From the IMG/VR virus record IMGVR_UViG_3300049049_000237, positions 112,003-176,002 of that record: a DNA stretch of 64,000 nt; one strand, 5' to 3'. The position numbers and the translations under genes were made by a program. The notes under the pieces are model-generated. The model searched no databases and was not told where the DNA came from. It saw only the letters and a program-made list of their open reading frames with translations. Position 1 is the first letter of the stretch; every line of letters begins with the position of its first letter. Below, in pieces: positions 1 through 8,618 of this stretch. The stretch comes from a virus.

Positions 1-519
1 GTAGTTCTCGCAGAAGTCCTTGATGAAGTTCCCGATCGGCAGGCAGATGCGCTGCGCGATCTCCGTGGCACCGAGCTGGAGGATGCCACCGCGACGCAGG
101 ATGATGAAGTTCTCATCCCGGCCCATGATGAACATGTCGCCGGGCTGGATGTCAGGTCGGTTCCCGCGGAACGAGACGTCCGTCTGGCTGCCACCCTCGG
201 GCGTGCTTCGCAGCGGCTCCCCAGTGTCCGACTGCACGACGGTGGGGGTCAGCAGGAAGCCGAGGATGAAGGGCGGCGAGGTGTCGTTCGCTCGCCCCAC
301 CATGCACACGGCGCCGACTTCTGGCAGCAGCGAGAAGCCCTCGCCGTTGTAGTTGTGGACGTACGGCGACAGGATCTGGAGGTCCTCGTACCGCTTCGAG
401 GTGGTCTCGGTGATGACCGAGACCGTGTAGTTCCTCTTGTTGACGTCGACCACCGTCGCCTGCTCGCAGACGAAGGGGAAGAACGTCGAAGTCGACGGGC
501 CGTTGCCGGTGTATCCCAT
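1..519 (-). CDS. Putative baseplate spike / gpV-Gp5 OB-fold-like protein, 3'-partial (runs off the window)
   Basis: Not in the ORF track; translated by hand as MGYTGNGPSTSTFFPFVCEQATVVDV...LLPEVGAVCMVG...PPFILGF, which fits the gpV 'P.vG..v.v...P.ilG' pattern. The ATG at 519 overlaps the RNAP stop (TGATG). Confidence 0.55.
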   Translation of the reverse strand, partial: MGYTGNGPSTSTFFPFVCEQATVVDVNKRNYTVSVITETTSKRYEDLQILSPYVHNYNGEGFSLLPEVGAVCMVGRANDTSPPFILGFLLTPTVVQSDTGEPLRSTPEGGSQTDVSFRGNRPDIQPGDMFIMGRDENFIILRRGGILQLGATEIAQRICLPIGNFIKDFCENY

Positions 520-3500
520 CAGTAACCTGCCGGACCCTGACCGTGCCCGAACTCTCGCGCGTACGCCAGACCCGGGATCGGGTGCAGGCCGTGGATGTCG
601 GACTTCTCGCCGTGGGTCGCGGCGGTGATGAGATGCTGCTGGAGGTTGTTCGTCATGAGCCGCGCGATCCAGTCCTTCTGACGACGCGCGGTCGTGGTCT
701 GCGTCGGCTCCAGGAACGGCTTCACCTGGATCGGACGCTTGCCCTTGAGCGTCGTCCGGTTGACCTCGTCGACGACCGACTTCTGAAGGTGGTCACCGCG
801 AAGGATCGACGGGTGGTCTCCGGGGTCGACGACCTGCACGGTGCTCGTCGCGTTGCGCACCGTGAGCTCGACGTGACGACGAAGGACGTCCTCCTTCTCG
901 TAGATCTTGCCGATGCGATCGACCATGAAGTCCTGCGCCGCTTCGATGCCGCGGGTCTTCAGGAGATCGCGCAGGTTCGGATCACCCTCGGTGAGCTGCT
1001 CGCCGCGCTGGAACGTGTAGCCCGGCTTGATGTGCGACTTCGGCGCGTGGCGCGCGTAGAGGGGGACGCGGCTCGTGTCGTAGTAGATCTTGAAGCCGCC
1101 CTGCGGCTGCGGCTCGATGCGCGTGACCTTGCCCTGCTTCGGGGCGACGATCGCGTCCTTCGCAGGCGACTTCTGCGCGACGCCGTACAGACCCTTCACG
1201 GTGTCGAACTCGTCGACCGCGCCGCGCTGGATCGGGACGATGCCCTGGTTGTGCGTCTGCTTGAGCATGAGCTGCGACGCACGTTCGCCGATCGCTTGCG
1301 CAGCGATGATGCCGACGTTGTCGCCGATCGCGTAGTTCGTGCCGCTCGGGTGCTTGCCCATGCAGGTCGAGCAGATGCCGTGGGGCATCCGGCACTTGAG
1401 CGGGGAGCGCACGAAGACGTGCGAGACGCCACCCTTGGAGAGGCTGCTCTGGATCTCGGGCGTGATGATCGTGCCGGCGGGCAGCGACTTGCCCGCGATC
1501 GTCACCGGCGACGCGAGGTACCGATCCACGAGGTCGCGATCGGCCGAGCTCAGGCTGATGCCCTGCTGCGTACCGCAGTCGTGTGACGTGATCGGCGAGT
1601 CGATGTTCGCCTGGATGAGCTCCTTCGTGAGCGTGCCGGGCTCGCGGACTGCGTCGGTCTTCTGGATGACGCCGCGACGCGCACCCGAGGACTGGAGGAA
1701 GTACCCACCGATGTCGATGCCCTCGGAGAACGAACGCGTGATCGGGATCTTCGACGGACGACCGAGATGATCCTCGACCAGCATCGGAGCGATCACGAGC
1801 CCCTGGAACTGCTCGCGCTTCGCCTTGATGCCCGACTGCGCCATGTCCGAGACGTTCGTCGGGTTCTCCTTGTGCTTCTCGCTGTAGATCTTGTGGAGGT
1901 TGCGCGTCGCATCCATCCAGATCTTCGTGCGTGCCTCGTCCGTATCCGCCTTGGCCGCGAGCCGCTTCGCCTCGGCGACGATCTTCTGCCGCTCTGCACG
2001 GAAGGGTTCGAGGTCCGAGAGACGCACGGTGTGTCCGCTCTCGAAGGCCATCTTGAACCCGAGCTGCGTGATGCCCTGCGTCAGAGCACCGAAGTGACCC
2101 GGCTCGGTCCGCGCCGTGTCGCGCAGCATCTCGCTGACGAACTTCTTCGTCACCGGCGTCTGGAGGTCGGTGAGGATCTTGTCCTTGTACTTCGCAGGCA
2201 CCATCGACGCGATGCGTGCGCGGCCGAGCGTCGTGCGCTTGCCCGCGATCGTCACGACGTCGTCGAGGCTCACCTTGTTGCCGAGGAACGCCTTCTCGGC
2301 ATCTTCCTTCGTCGAGAAGGTGTGGGACGTCTGCTTCTTCGGCAGCGACATGCGGTAGAGAGCGAGCAGCGCCTCGTTCGTCGGGGTGAAGAGGACCTCG
2401 CCCGTGCTCGCCGACAGCGAGCGATTCGACGGCAGGAGCTTCTTCGCTTCCTCGACCGCGCCGTGGCTGAGCGGGAGCATGAGCGCGACCGCGTCGCCGT
2501 CGATGTCGCCGCCGATCGGCGGGAGCACGAGAGGGCTCACCTTGATCGCGCGGCTGTCGGTGAGCTTCACCTTCTGCCCGATGATGCCGTACTGGTGGAG
2601 CACCGGATCGCGCTTCATCAGCACGGGGCGGTGCTCGATCTCCTGCTGAAGCATCGCCTCGGCGGTCGGCGTGCGCTGCGAGATCTCCTTCTGGGCGTCG
2701 AACGGGTTCATGCCCATCTGCGTCAGCCGGTGCGCGACCAGCGGGCGGAAGAGCTCGAACGCGATCTTCTTCGGCACGCCGATCTCGTCGGCCCCGAGCC
2801 CGGGGTCGGCGACGATCGTCGCTCGCGCCGTGTAGTCCTGCTTCTTGCCGATGATGCGGTCCTGAAAGAACCCGTCCTTCGGCATGTCGCCCGCGATCGT
2901 GTGGAGCACACCGGGCAGGTGGCGACCCTTGACCTCCTTGCCCTGGAAGTCGATGTCGAGCGCCTTCTTCCCCTTCGGCGTTGTGCCGATGAGGTTCTGC
3001 ATCTCCTGGAAGAGGTCACCCTGCGTCTTGAGCAGTCGCTTGTGCGGGATGCCTTCCTTCTTCGACTGCTCCAGCGAGGTGTTCACCATGCCCAGCCGTC
3101 GGTAGAGCTGGTTCATGGGATCGATGCGGTCCTGCCCGTCCGCGCTCTCCTGGAAGGGGCGGTAGATCGGCGGGAGCACCGGCAGGTACTTCAGCGTGTA
3201 CGCCTCCGCCGGGGTCTTGCCCTGCTCCTTGAGCGTCGAGAGCGCCTTGTACGTGAACGTCGCCCGGTTCAGGTCCGCACCCTTGAGCTTCGGGTCGTCC
3301 ATTTGGGTGCGGAGCTTCTTGAGCTCCTTGTCGATGTCGATCTTGGCGAGTGCCTCGCGGATCGCCTGCCCGCCCGACTTGCCGTTGATCGCGAGCTCGC
3401 CCGAGATGACCTTGTGCAGTAGCTGCGCTTCGTTCGCACGCTTCGCGTCCCCACCCTTGATGTTGAGCAGGTTCACGACCGCCTTCGCGAACACGGGGTT

Positions 3501-6500
3501 CGGCATCGGCTCGGCGAGCTCGATGTAGCCCCAGTTCTGCTTGTCGGTGCCGAAGATGCGGGTGTCGAAGATGCCGCCGGACTCCGGCTTCATGTTCTTC
3601 GCCATCACCGTCGCCGCGGGGTTCGTCACCTTCGCGTGCTTGCCGGCCTTCGCGAGCACCTCAGCATCCGTCATCGGCATGATCTGGATGCCGTTGCCGC
3701 GCTTCTGCGTGTTGAGCCCCGCAGAGTGCAGCATTGCGTTGAACTTCTCGTAGACGAACGGCACCTGCGGCGGCGGCAGCGGCTTGCCGTTCGCCAGCGC
3801 ATCCCAGAGAGCTTCCGCCTGCGGCTTGTCCGACTTCAGCGTCTGCATCTCGCCGAGGTTCTGACGAAGCCCCGCCGCGAGCGCGCCGTACACACCGAGC
3901 GATCCGAGACTCTGCGCGCCCGTCTCGCCACCGCCTCGCGGAACAAGGTTGGTGTCGTACTGGATCATCGGCGCGTAGTCCTTCAGGTAGAACCCGCCGT
4001 GACGCACGTGCGTCTTCTTGTCGATCTGGTGTTCGAGCTGGAAGACGTAGTGGGGCCCGACCGTGACGTCGCCGATCGTGCGACCCGTCTTCGGATCGAT
4101 GAGCGTCTCCGTCTCCTTCAGGCCGTGCTTCTTGAGCTCGTTCTGGACCTTCTTTAGGTAGTCGGTCTGTCCGTCGAAGTTCTTGACGAAGTACGGCTTG
4201 CCCGTCTTCTCGGCGATCTTGCCCGCGGCCGTCTCCAGAATCTGGCCGGGGTTCATGCGGCCGGGCACCGAGACCGGGTTGATGAGCATCTCGACGTGCT
4301 CCTTCTTCCCGCCCTTCTCGGCAAACGGCATCTCGTGGTCCGGCACGACCTGCGTGACGATGCCCTTCGCGCTGTGACGCGTGGAGACCTTCGAGCCCAC
4401 GACGAGCGGCTCGGACGTCTTCACGTGCACGACGATGTTCTTGCCCGCACGAACGACGCGCACGATCTCACCCGGGTACGGGTGGTCCCACGTCATCGCG
4501 GCGTTGCTGTACCCGATGCGCCCCTTCTTCGTGAGCTGCGCGAGCATCTTCGCGTCGAGCGAGTCGGGGTCCTTCTGCTCGCGGAGCGCGAGCACGAGAG
4601 GGTCTCCCGGCTGCACCTTGGTGCCCGGCTTGATGAGGCCATCGTCACCGATGTTCGCGAGCTGCGTCTGCGCGTACGCGTTGAGCTTGTCGTCGAGGAA
4701 GCGCTTCTTGCTGATGACGTGGTCGGACGTCACGTAGAAGGACGGCTTGAGCAAGTGCTCCGTGCCGAGCTTCTTCGCCGCGCTCTCCGAGAGGACGATG
4801 CCGTCCTCGTGGTTGGCGCCGTTGGCGAGGTAGGCGACGCGCACGTTCGTCCCGAGCGCGAGCGCACCGTCCTTCGAGAACGAGTGGTCCGCGAGGACCT
4901 GTCCTGCACGCACCGTGTCCCCGACCTTCACGGTCGGGGTGCTGTGGAGCATCGCCTTCTTGTCGTTCAGCGGGTAGTGGTCGTAGAGGTGGACCGACCG
5001 CTCCTTGCCGTCCTTGCCGACGACGATGATCTCGTCGTTCTTGATGGACTTGATGTGCCCGTCGATCGGCGACTTGTGCGAGAGGAACGTCTGCCCGATG
5101 CGCTGCTCGAAAGAGATGCCCGGGGCCGCCTCGACCTGCACACGCGGGGGTTCGCGGCCGACCACGCTGAGTGCCTGAGCCATGTGACGCGCCGACATCG
5201 TCGTGCGTCCCGCCGCGTCGTTCTGCATGAACGGGACGAGGTTCGTCTCGGTGGAGAAGACCTGCCCCGGCGTGATGAGGGTGTACTCCGCCTGCGAGAA
5301 CGGGAGCTCTTCGATCTCGCCGTTCTTGTTCGAGACGCGCACCTGGGGACCGAGCGGCTTGGGCTTGCCGCCCTCCCATCGGATCTGGTCGGGCAGGACG
5401 ACAATGGCTCGCGCAGCTTCTGCCGGCGTGAGCTCTTCGACCTTCCCCTTCTTGATGTTGTACAGACGCGCGTACGGCTTGCGGTCCTTGACCGTGATGC
5501 CGCTCGTCAGGTGGAGTGAGGTGCCTGCTCCGGAGCCCTCGGGCGTGAACACCGGATCGAGGAAGCCGAGGTGCGACGGGTCGACGGACGTGTTCGACAG
5601 CGTCACCTGATGCTCGGACTTCAGACCACCGGGGCCCATGATGGTCGTGTGGCTGCGATCGGCGAGCATCGTGACGAGGTTCGTCTGCTTCGAGTTGCTC
5701 GCGAGCGCCGTGGCGAAGACGTGGTTGATCGGCTTCTGGATGAGGTCGGGCATCACGATGTCGCGAAGCACCGACGCATTCCCTGCGCGCAGCGACTCCA
5801 TCGTCGACTTCTTGCCCAGGGACTTCAGCACGCGGCCGTGGATCTCGTTCTTCGAGGCCTTGAGGCGCTCGGCGAAGTGATCGGTCGGCGTCCAGAGCTC
5901 CTTGAACTCCAGCGAGTCGATCGGGTCCGGATGCGCTCGCTGCGCGCTCACGTCGATAAGCTTCGCGCTCGCCTTCATCAGGGCGGGACCTGAGACGGAC
6001 TCGAAGGCGTGACCCAGCGTGGTCTTCGTGACCACCGGGTCCATCTTCGTCTCCGACAGGTACTTGTTGATGGCCTGCGGCAGGTCGAGGGTGCTCGGGA
6101 CCTGCTGAGCATCCTTCATCGCCGTGTAGAAGGACTTGAGGTCGTGCTCGTAGCGCGACTTCTTCTGATTCGAGGCGAAGTTCTTCTCGCCCCACGAGGC
6201 CTTCATCTCGTCGTCGCTGACGCCCGCGGCCTTCAGCACCGAGTAGAGCGGGATCTTCCGCGCGCCGCTCTTGATGAACATGTAGCCCGTGCCGGGCTCC
6301 ATCTGGAGATCGAAGCTCTTGCCCTTCGCGAGCTGGAACTGCGCCTCGTACTCGCCCTTCTTCTCGGTCGCCTTGACGTAGGCACCGGGACGGAGACGCC
6401 ACTGGTTCGTGACGGTCTTCTCCTGCCCGCCGATGATGAAGCTGTGGTGGCGTGTGAGCTTGGGGATCTCCGCCACGCGGGTCCTCTTGCTCACGAGCAC

Positions 6501-6746
6501 CTTGCCGTCGCGATCGACCACGTCGACGTGACCGAAGACTGGAGCCGTGTACGAGCGCCCGTTCAGACGCGCGTCCATCTGGCCCTTGATGTCCTCGGTT
6601 CCGAGGTCTTCACCGCCGACCTCCAGGTTTCGCACCCGCACCTCGATGCCGGTCTTCGGATCGACGATGGGGAAGGTGCCGTTGATCTCCGCCAGGAGGC
6701 GGGTCTTCAGCTCCTCGAACTGCTTGTTCGGGTCGGTGGTGAGCAC
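519..6746 (-). CDS. rpoBC: Multisubunit-type DNA-directed RNA polymerase, fused beta-beta' (2075 aa)
   Basis: Beta motifs GPGG, GSKVSTRHSAKG, NPVSVPGRMNPGQILE, LEHQIDKKTHVR and TLKSD. Beta' motifs GIFDTRIFG, LPVLPPIYRP, GKKQDYTAR, KRDPVLH, catalytic DIDGD, DCGT...RSPLKC...CSTC and trigger-loop AAQAIGE. Confidence 0.96.
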   Translation of the reverse strand: MLTTDPNKQFEELKTRLLAEINGTFPIVDPKTGIEVRVRNLEVGGEDLGTEDIKGQMDARLNGRSYTAPVFGHVDVVDRDGKVLVSKRTRVAEIPKLTRHHSFIIGGQEKTVTNQWRLRPGAYVKATEKKGEYEAQFQLAKGKSFDLQMEPGTGYMFIKSGARKIPLYSVLKAAGVSDDEMKASWGEKNFASNQKKSRYEHDLKSFYTAMKDAQQVPSTLDLPQAINKYLSETKMDPVVTKTTLGHAFESVSGPALMKASAKLIDVSAQRAHPDPIDSLEFKELWTPTDHFAERLKASKNEIHGRVLKSLGKKSTMESLRAGNASVLRDIVMPDLIQKPINHVFATALASNSKQTNLVTMLADRSHTTIMGPGGLKSEHQVTLSNTSVDPSHLGFLDPVFTPEGSGAGTSLHLTSGITVKDRKPYARLYNIKKGKVEELTPAEAARAIVVLPDQIRWEGGKPKPLGPQVRVSNKNGEIEELPFSQAEYTLITPGQVFSTETNLVPFMQNDAAGRTTMSARHMAQALSVVGREPPRVQVEAAPGISFEQRIGQTFLSHKSPIDGHIKSIKNDEIIVVGKDGKERSVHLYDHYPLNDKKAMLHSTPTVKVGDTVRAGQVLADHSFSKDGALALGTNVRVAYLANGANHEDGIVLSESAAKKLGTEHLLKPSFYVTSDHVISKKRFLDDKLNAYAQTQLANIGDDGLIKPGTKVQPGDPLVLALREQKDPDSLDAKMLAQLTKKGRIGYSNAAMTWDHPYPGEIVRVVRAGKNIVVHVKTSEPLVVGSKVSTRHSAKGIVTQVVPDHEMPFAEKGGKKEHVEMLINPVSVPGRMNPGQILETAAGKIAEKTGKPYFVKNFDGQTDYLKKVQNELKKHGLKETETLIDPKTGRTIGDVTVGPHYVFQLEHQIDKKTHVRHGGFYLKDYAPMIQYDTNLVPRGGGETGAQSLGSLGVYGALAAGLRQNLGEMQTLKSDKPQAEALWDALANGKPLPPPQVPFVYEKFNAMLHSAGLNTQKRGNGIQIMPMTDAEVLAKAGKHAKVTNPAATVMAKNMKPESGGIFDTRIFGTDKQNWGYIELAEPMPNPVFAKAVVNLLNIKGGDAKRANEAQLLHKVISGELAINGKSGGQAIREALAKIDIDKELKKLRTQMDDPKLKGADLNRATFTYKALSTLKEQGKTPAEAYTLKYLPVLPPIYRPFQESADGQDRIDPMNQLYRRLGMVNTSLEQSKKEGIPHKRLLKTQGDLFQEMQNLIGTTPKGKKALDIDFQGKEVKGRHLPGVLHTIAGDMPKDGFFQDRIIGKKQDYTARATIVADPGLGADEIGVPKKIAFELFRPLVAHRLTQMGMNPFDAQKEISQRTPTAEAMLQQEIEHRPVLMKRDPVLHQYGIIGQKVKLTDSRAIKVSPLVLPPIGGDIDGDAVALMLPLSHGAVEEAKKLLPSNRSLSASTGEVLFTPTNEALLALYRMSLPKKQTSHTFSTKEDAEKAFLGNKVSLDDVVTIAGKRTTLGRARIASMVPAKYKDKILTDLQTPVTKKFVSEMLRDTARTEPGHFGALTQGITQLGFKMAFESGHTVRLSDLEPFRAERQKIVAEAKRLAAKADTDEARTKIWMDATRNLHKIYSEKHKENPTNVSDMAQSGIKAKREQFQGLVIAPMLVEDHLGRPSKIPITRSFSEGIDIGGYFLQSSGARRGVIQKTDAVREPGTLTKELIQANIDSPITSHDCGTQQGISLSSADRDLVDRYLASPVTIAGKSLPAGTIITPEIQSSLSKGGVSHVFVRSPLKCRMPHGICSTCMGKHPSGTNYAIGDNVGIIAAQAIGERASQLMLKQTHNQGIVPIQRGAVDEFDTVKGLYGVAQKSPAKDAIVAPKQGKVTRIEPQPQGGFKIYYDTSRVPLYARHAPKSHIKPGYTFQRGEQLTEGDPNLRDLLKTRGIEAAQDFMVDRIGKIYEKEDVLRRHVELTVRNATSTVQVVDPGDHPSILRGDHLQKSVVDEVNRTTLKGKRPIQVKPFLEPTQTTTARRQKDWIARLMTNNLQQHLITAATHGEKSDIHGLHPIPGLAYAREFGHGQGPAGY

Positions 6747-6752
6747 GCCCGC

Positions 6753-6782
6753 AGTCTACTGCTCGCGCGACGAAGGGGTCAA
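6753..6782 (-). promoter_or_regulatory. Sigma70-like promoter for the RNAP gene, probably leaderless
   Basis: TTGACC-N18-TAGACT-N6-GTG(6746), with no Shine-Dalgarno (SD) sequence. Confidence 0.65.
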
Positions 6783-6812
6783 CGAACCGAGCCGAAACGC
6801 AGGGGTTACTGA

Positions 6813-6820
6813 CCTATCAG
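6813..6820 (+). promoter_or_regulatory. CCTATCAG motif upstream of a plus-strand operon
   Basis: Exact 8-mer repeated ahead of several operon-leading genes; followed here by GGAGG and ATG 6836. Confidence 0.5.
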
Positions 6821-6835
6821 AAACGTGGAGGCGCC

Positions 6836-6994
6836 ATGCCCGATCACGAGCACCAGGACGACCCCACGTACTTCGAGCGCATCGACACGCTCACGCAGTT
6901 CGACGACTTCGTCGCCGACGTCATCAACGCCAACATGTTCCCGCCCGCACACCAGGAGGAGTACGAAGACGATGCTGAATCTTCTGCTGGTTAG
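6836..6994 (+). CDS. Small acidic hypothetical protein (52 aa)
   Basis: GGAGG SD; MPDHEHQDDPTYFERIDT...AG*; codon style matches the genome. Confidence 0.6.
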   Translation: MPDHEHQDDPTYFERIDTLTQFDDFVADVINANMFPPAHQEEYEDDAESSAG

Positions 6995-7085
6995 CATCGC
7001 CGCCGGCTTCCTGATCGGTGTGTCCCACCACCTCTACTACGTCCTCGGGAGGCTGAGCGATGCGACCCGCAACGTTCGCGCATGA
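6972..7085 (+). CDS. Small single-TM hypothetical protein (37 aa)
   Basis: AGGAGG upstream; MLNLLLVSIAAGFLIGV is a hydrophobic helix. Confidence 0.45.
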   Translation: MLNLLLVSIAAGFLIGVSHHLYYVLGRLSDATRNVRA

Positions 7086-7506
7086 CCACGATCACGAGAC
7101 GCCCGACTGTGCCGAGTGCCGCGAGCCGGTCGGCGTGATGCAAGACGCCACCGTGATGCTGAGTGGTCAGTTCTTCTACAACCGCGAAGAGCAGTGCGCC
7201 TTCTTCGTGCTCGACCCCGACAGCGAGCTCGCCATCGTCGAGATCCAGGACGCCCTCGGTAGCGGCAAGCCGCAGCTCGCCATCGTCCTGAACAAGGACA
7301 ACCTCGGCCCGGTGCGCGTGGTGCACGAGGAGTGCCTCGGCGACTTCGACCCCGATGGGGCGAGTGACGAGGACGACGAAGACGATGATGACGAGATCGA
7401 GATTGGTCTCGATCCGGAAGACCCCGACTACCACGACATGAAGATGGCGATCGAGCGTGATCGCAGCGAGTGGGACGAGAACGACCTGCTCCACAGGAGA
7501 CGCTGA
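7060..7506 (+). CDS. Acidic hypothetical protein with possible Zn site
   Basis: CAEC...HEEC and a D/E-rich tract. Confidence 0.65.
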   Translation: MRPATFAHDHDHETPDCAECREPVGVMQDATVMLSGQFFYNREEQCAFFVLDPDSELAIVEIQDALGSGKPQLAIVLNKDNLGPVRVVHEECLGDFDPDGASDEDDEDDDDEIEIGLDPEDPDYHDMKMAIERDRSEWDENDLLHRRR

Positions 7507-7511
7507 AGAAG

Positions 7512-8618
7512 ATGCCCAAGTACTCGGAAGCGCAGCGCCAGGCCGTCCAGGAGCTGACGGTTCAGTGGGAGAGTGGCTACTTGTCGATCCCCGCCCTGCT
7601 CGGGCCGGTGGGGATCGGCAAGACCGACATGGCACAAGAGCTCGCCATCGAGATGAGCTCGAAGATGGACGACTCGCTCATCTTCGAGCCCATCGCCACC
7701 GGTGAGGCCTCGGACCCGACGGACACGTCGGGCATCCCGTGGGTCATCACGGTCGACGACCCGAACGGAGAAGCGACCAAGAAGGACTACCGCGTCCTCT
7801 GGGCGCTGAATCGCGCGGCGTACCAAGCGTGCCGCATGCCCACGCTTCTTCTTTTCGATGACATCGACAAGGCGACCAACATCGTCGTCAACTCGCTGCT
7901 CAACCTCTTCGTGCACCGCCGCTTCAAGGACTTCGCGCTGCACCCGAAGAGCCTGATGATGACCGCGGGCAACCGCACGCAGGACGACATCCACGCGAAC
8001 CGGCTGTCGGAGTCGCTGCGCACCCGCATGACGATCATCGAGGTCGAGGCCGACTTCGAGGACTTCGCCAACTACGCGAAGAAGACCGGCAACATCCACG
8101 ACCACCTCATCGGGTTCCTGACGGCCCGCCCGGAGCTCCTGCACAAGCACGAGGAGAACGTCTACCGGTTCCCGACGCCCCGTGGGTACCGCGAAGCCTC
8201 GCTTCACATGTGGAAGTACCCGGAGTCCGACTGGCCCGACATCGTCGAGCGCAAGCTCGGCAAGCCGGTGCGCAACGACTTCGTCGCCTGGCACAAGATC
8301 CTGTCGAAGGTCGACGTCGAGCACATCCTTCGCGTCGGCTACGTGAAGGACATGCCCACGGACATCGTCGGCAAGAAGATGATGGAGTTCGCCGCCATCT
8401 TCGCGCTCACGATGCACCTCAACAAGAAGGACGGTGTTCAGCCTGGGTGGGCGGGCTTCGACCCGTACATCGACAGCCTGAAGGACTCGCCGGAGATGAA
8501 GATTGCGTTCCTTCTCCAGCTCACGGAGAAGGCGCGCTCTGCCGTGCGCCAACTGTACCCGACCGCCGCCGGCAAGATCATGGCGACGGTCATCGCAGAC
8601 GAGGCGGCCGGGCCGTGA
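7512..8618 (+). CDS. MoxR-like AAA+ ATPase
   Basis: Walker A GPVGIGKT, Walker B LLLFDD, AGN sensor, TPR; adjacent to a VWA gene. Start reassigned to ATG 7512 after AGGAG. Confidence 0.85.
   Translation: MPKYSEAQRQAVQELTVQWESGYLSIPALLGPVGIGKTDMAQELAIEMSSKMDDSLIFEPIATGEASDPTDTSGIPWVITVDDPNGEATKKDYRVLWALNRAAYQACRMPTLLLFDDIDKATNIVVNSLLNLFVHRRFKDFALHPKSLMMTAGNRTQDDIHANRLSESLRTRMTIIEVEADFEDFANYAKKTGNIHDHLIGFLTARPELLHKHEENVYRFPTPRGYREASLHMWKYPESDWPDIVERKLGKPVRNDFVAWHKILSKVDVEHILRVGYVKDMPTDIVGKKMMEFAAIFALTMHLNKKDGVQPGWAGFDPYIDSLKDSPEMKIAFLLQLTEKARSAVRQLYPTAAGKIMATVIADEAAGP

Noticed and set aside
519-6746. Host chromosomal rpoBC operon
   Set aside because: No rplKAJL or rpsL neighbours, divergent motifs, and phage genes on both sides.
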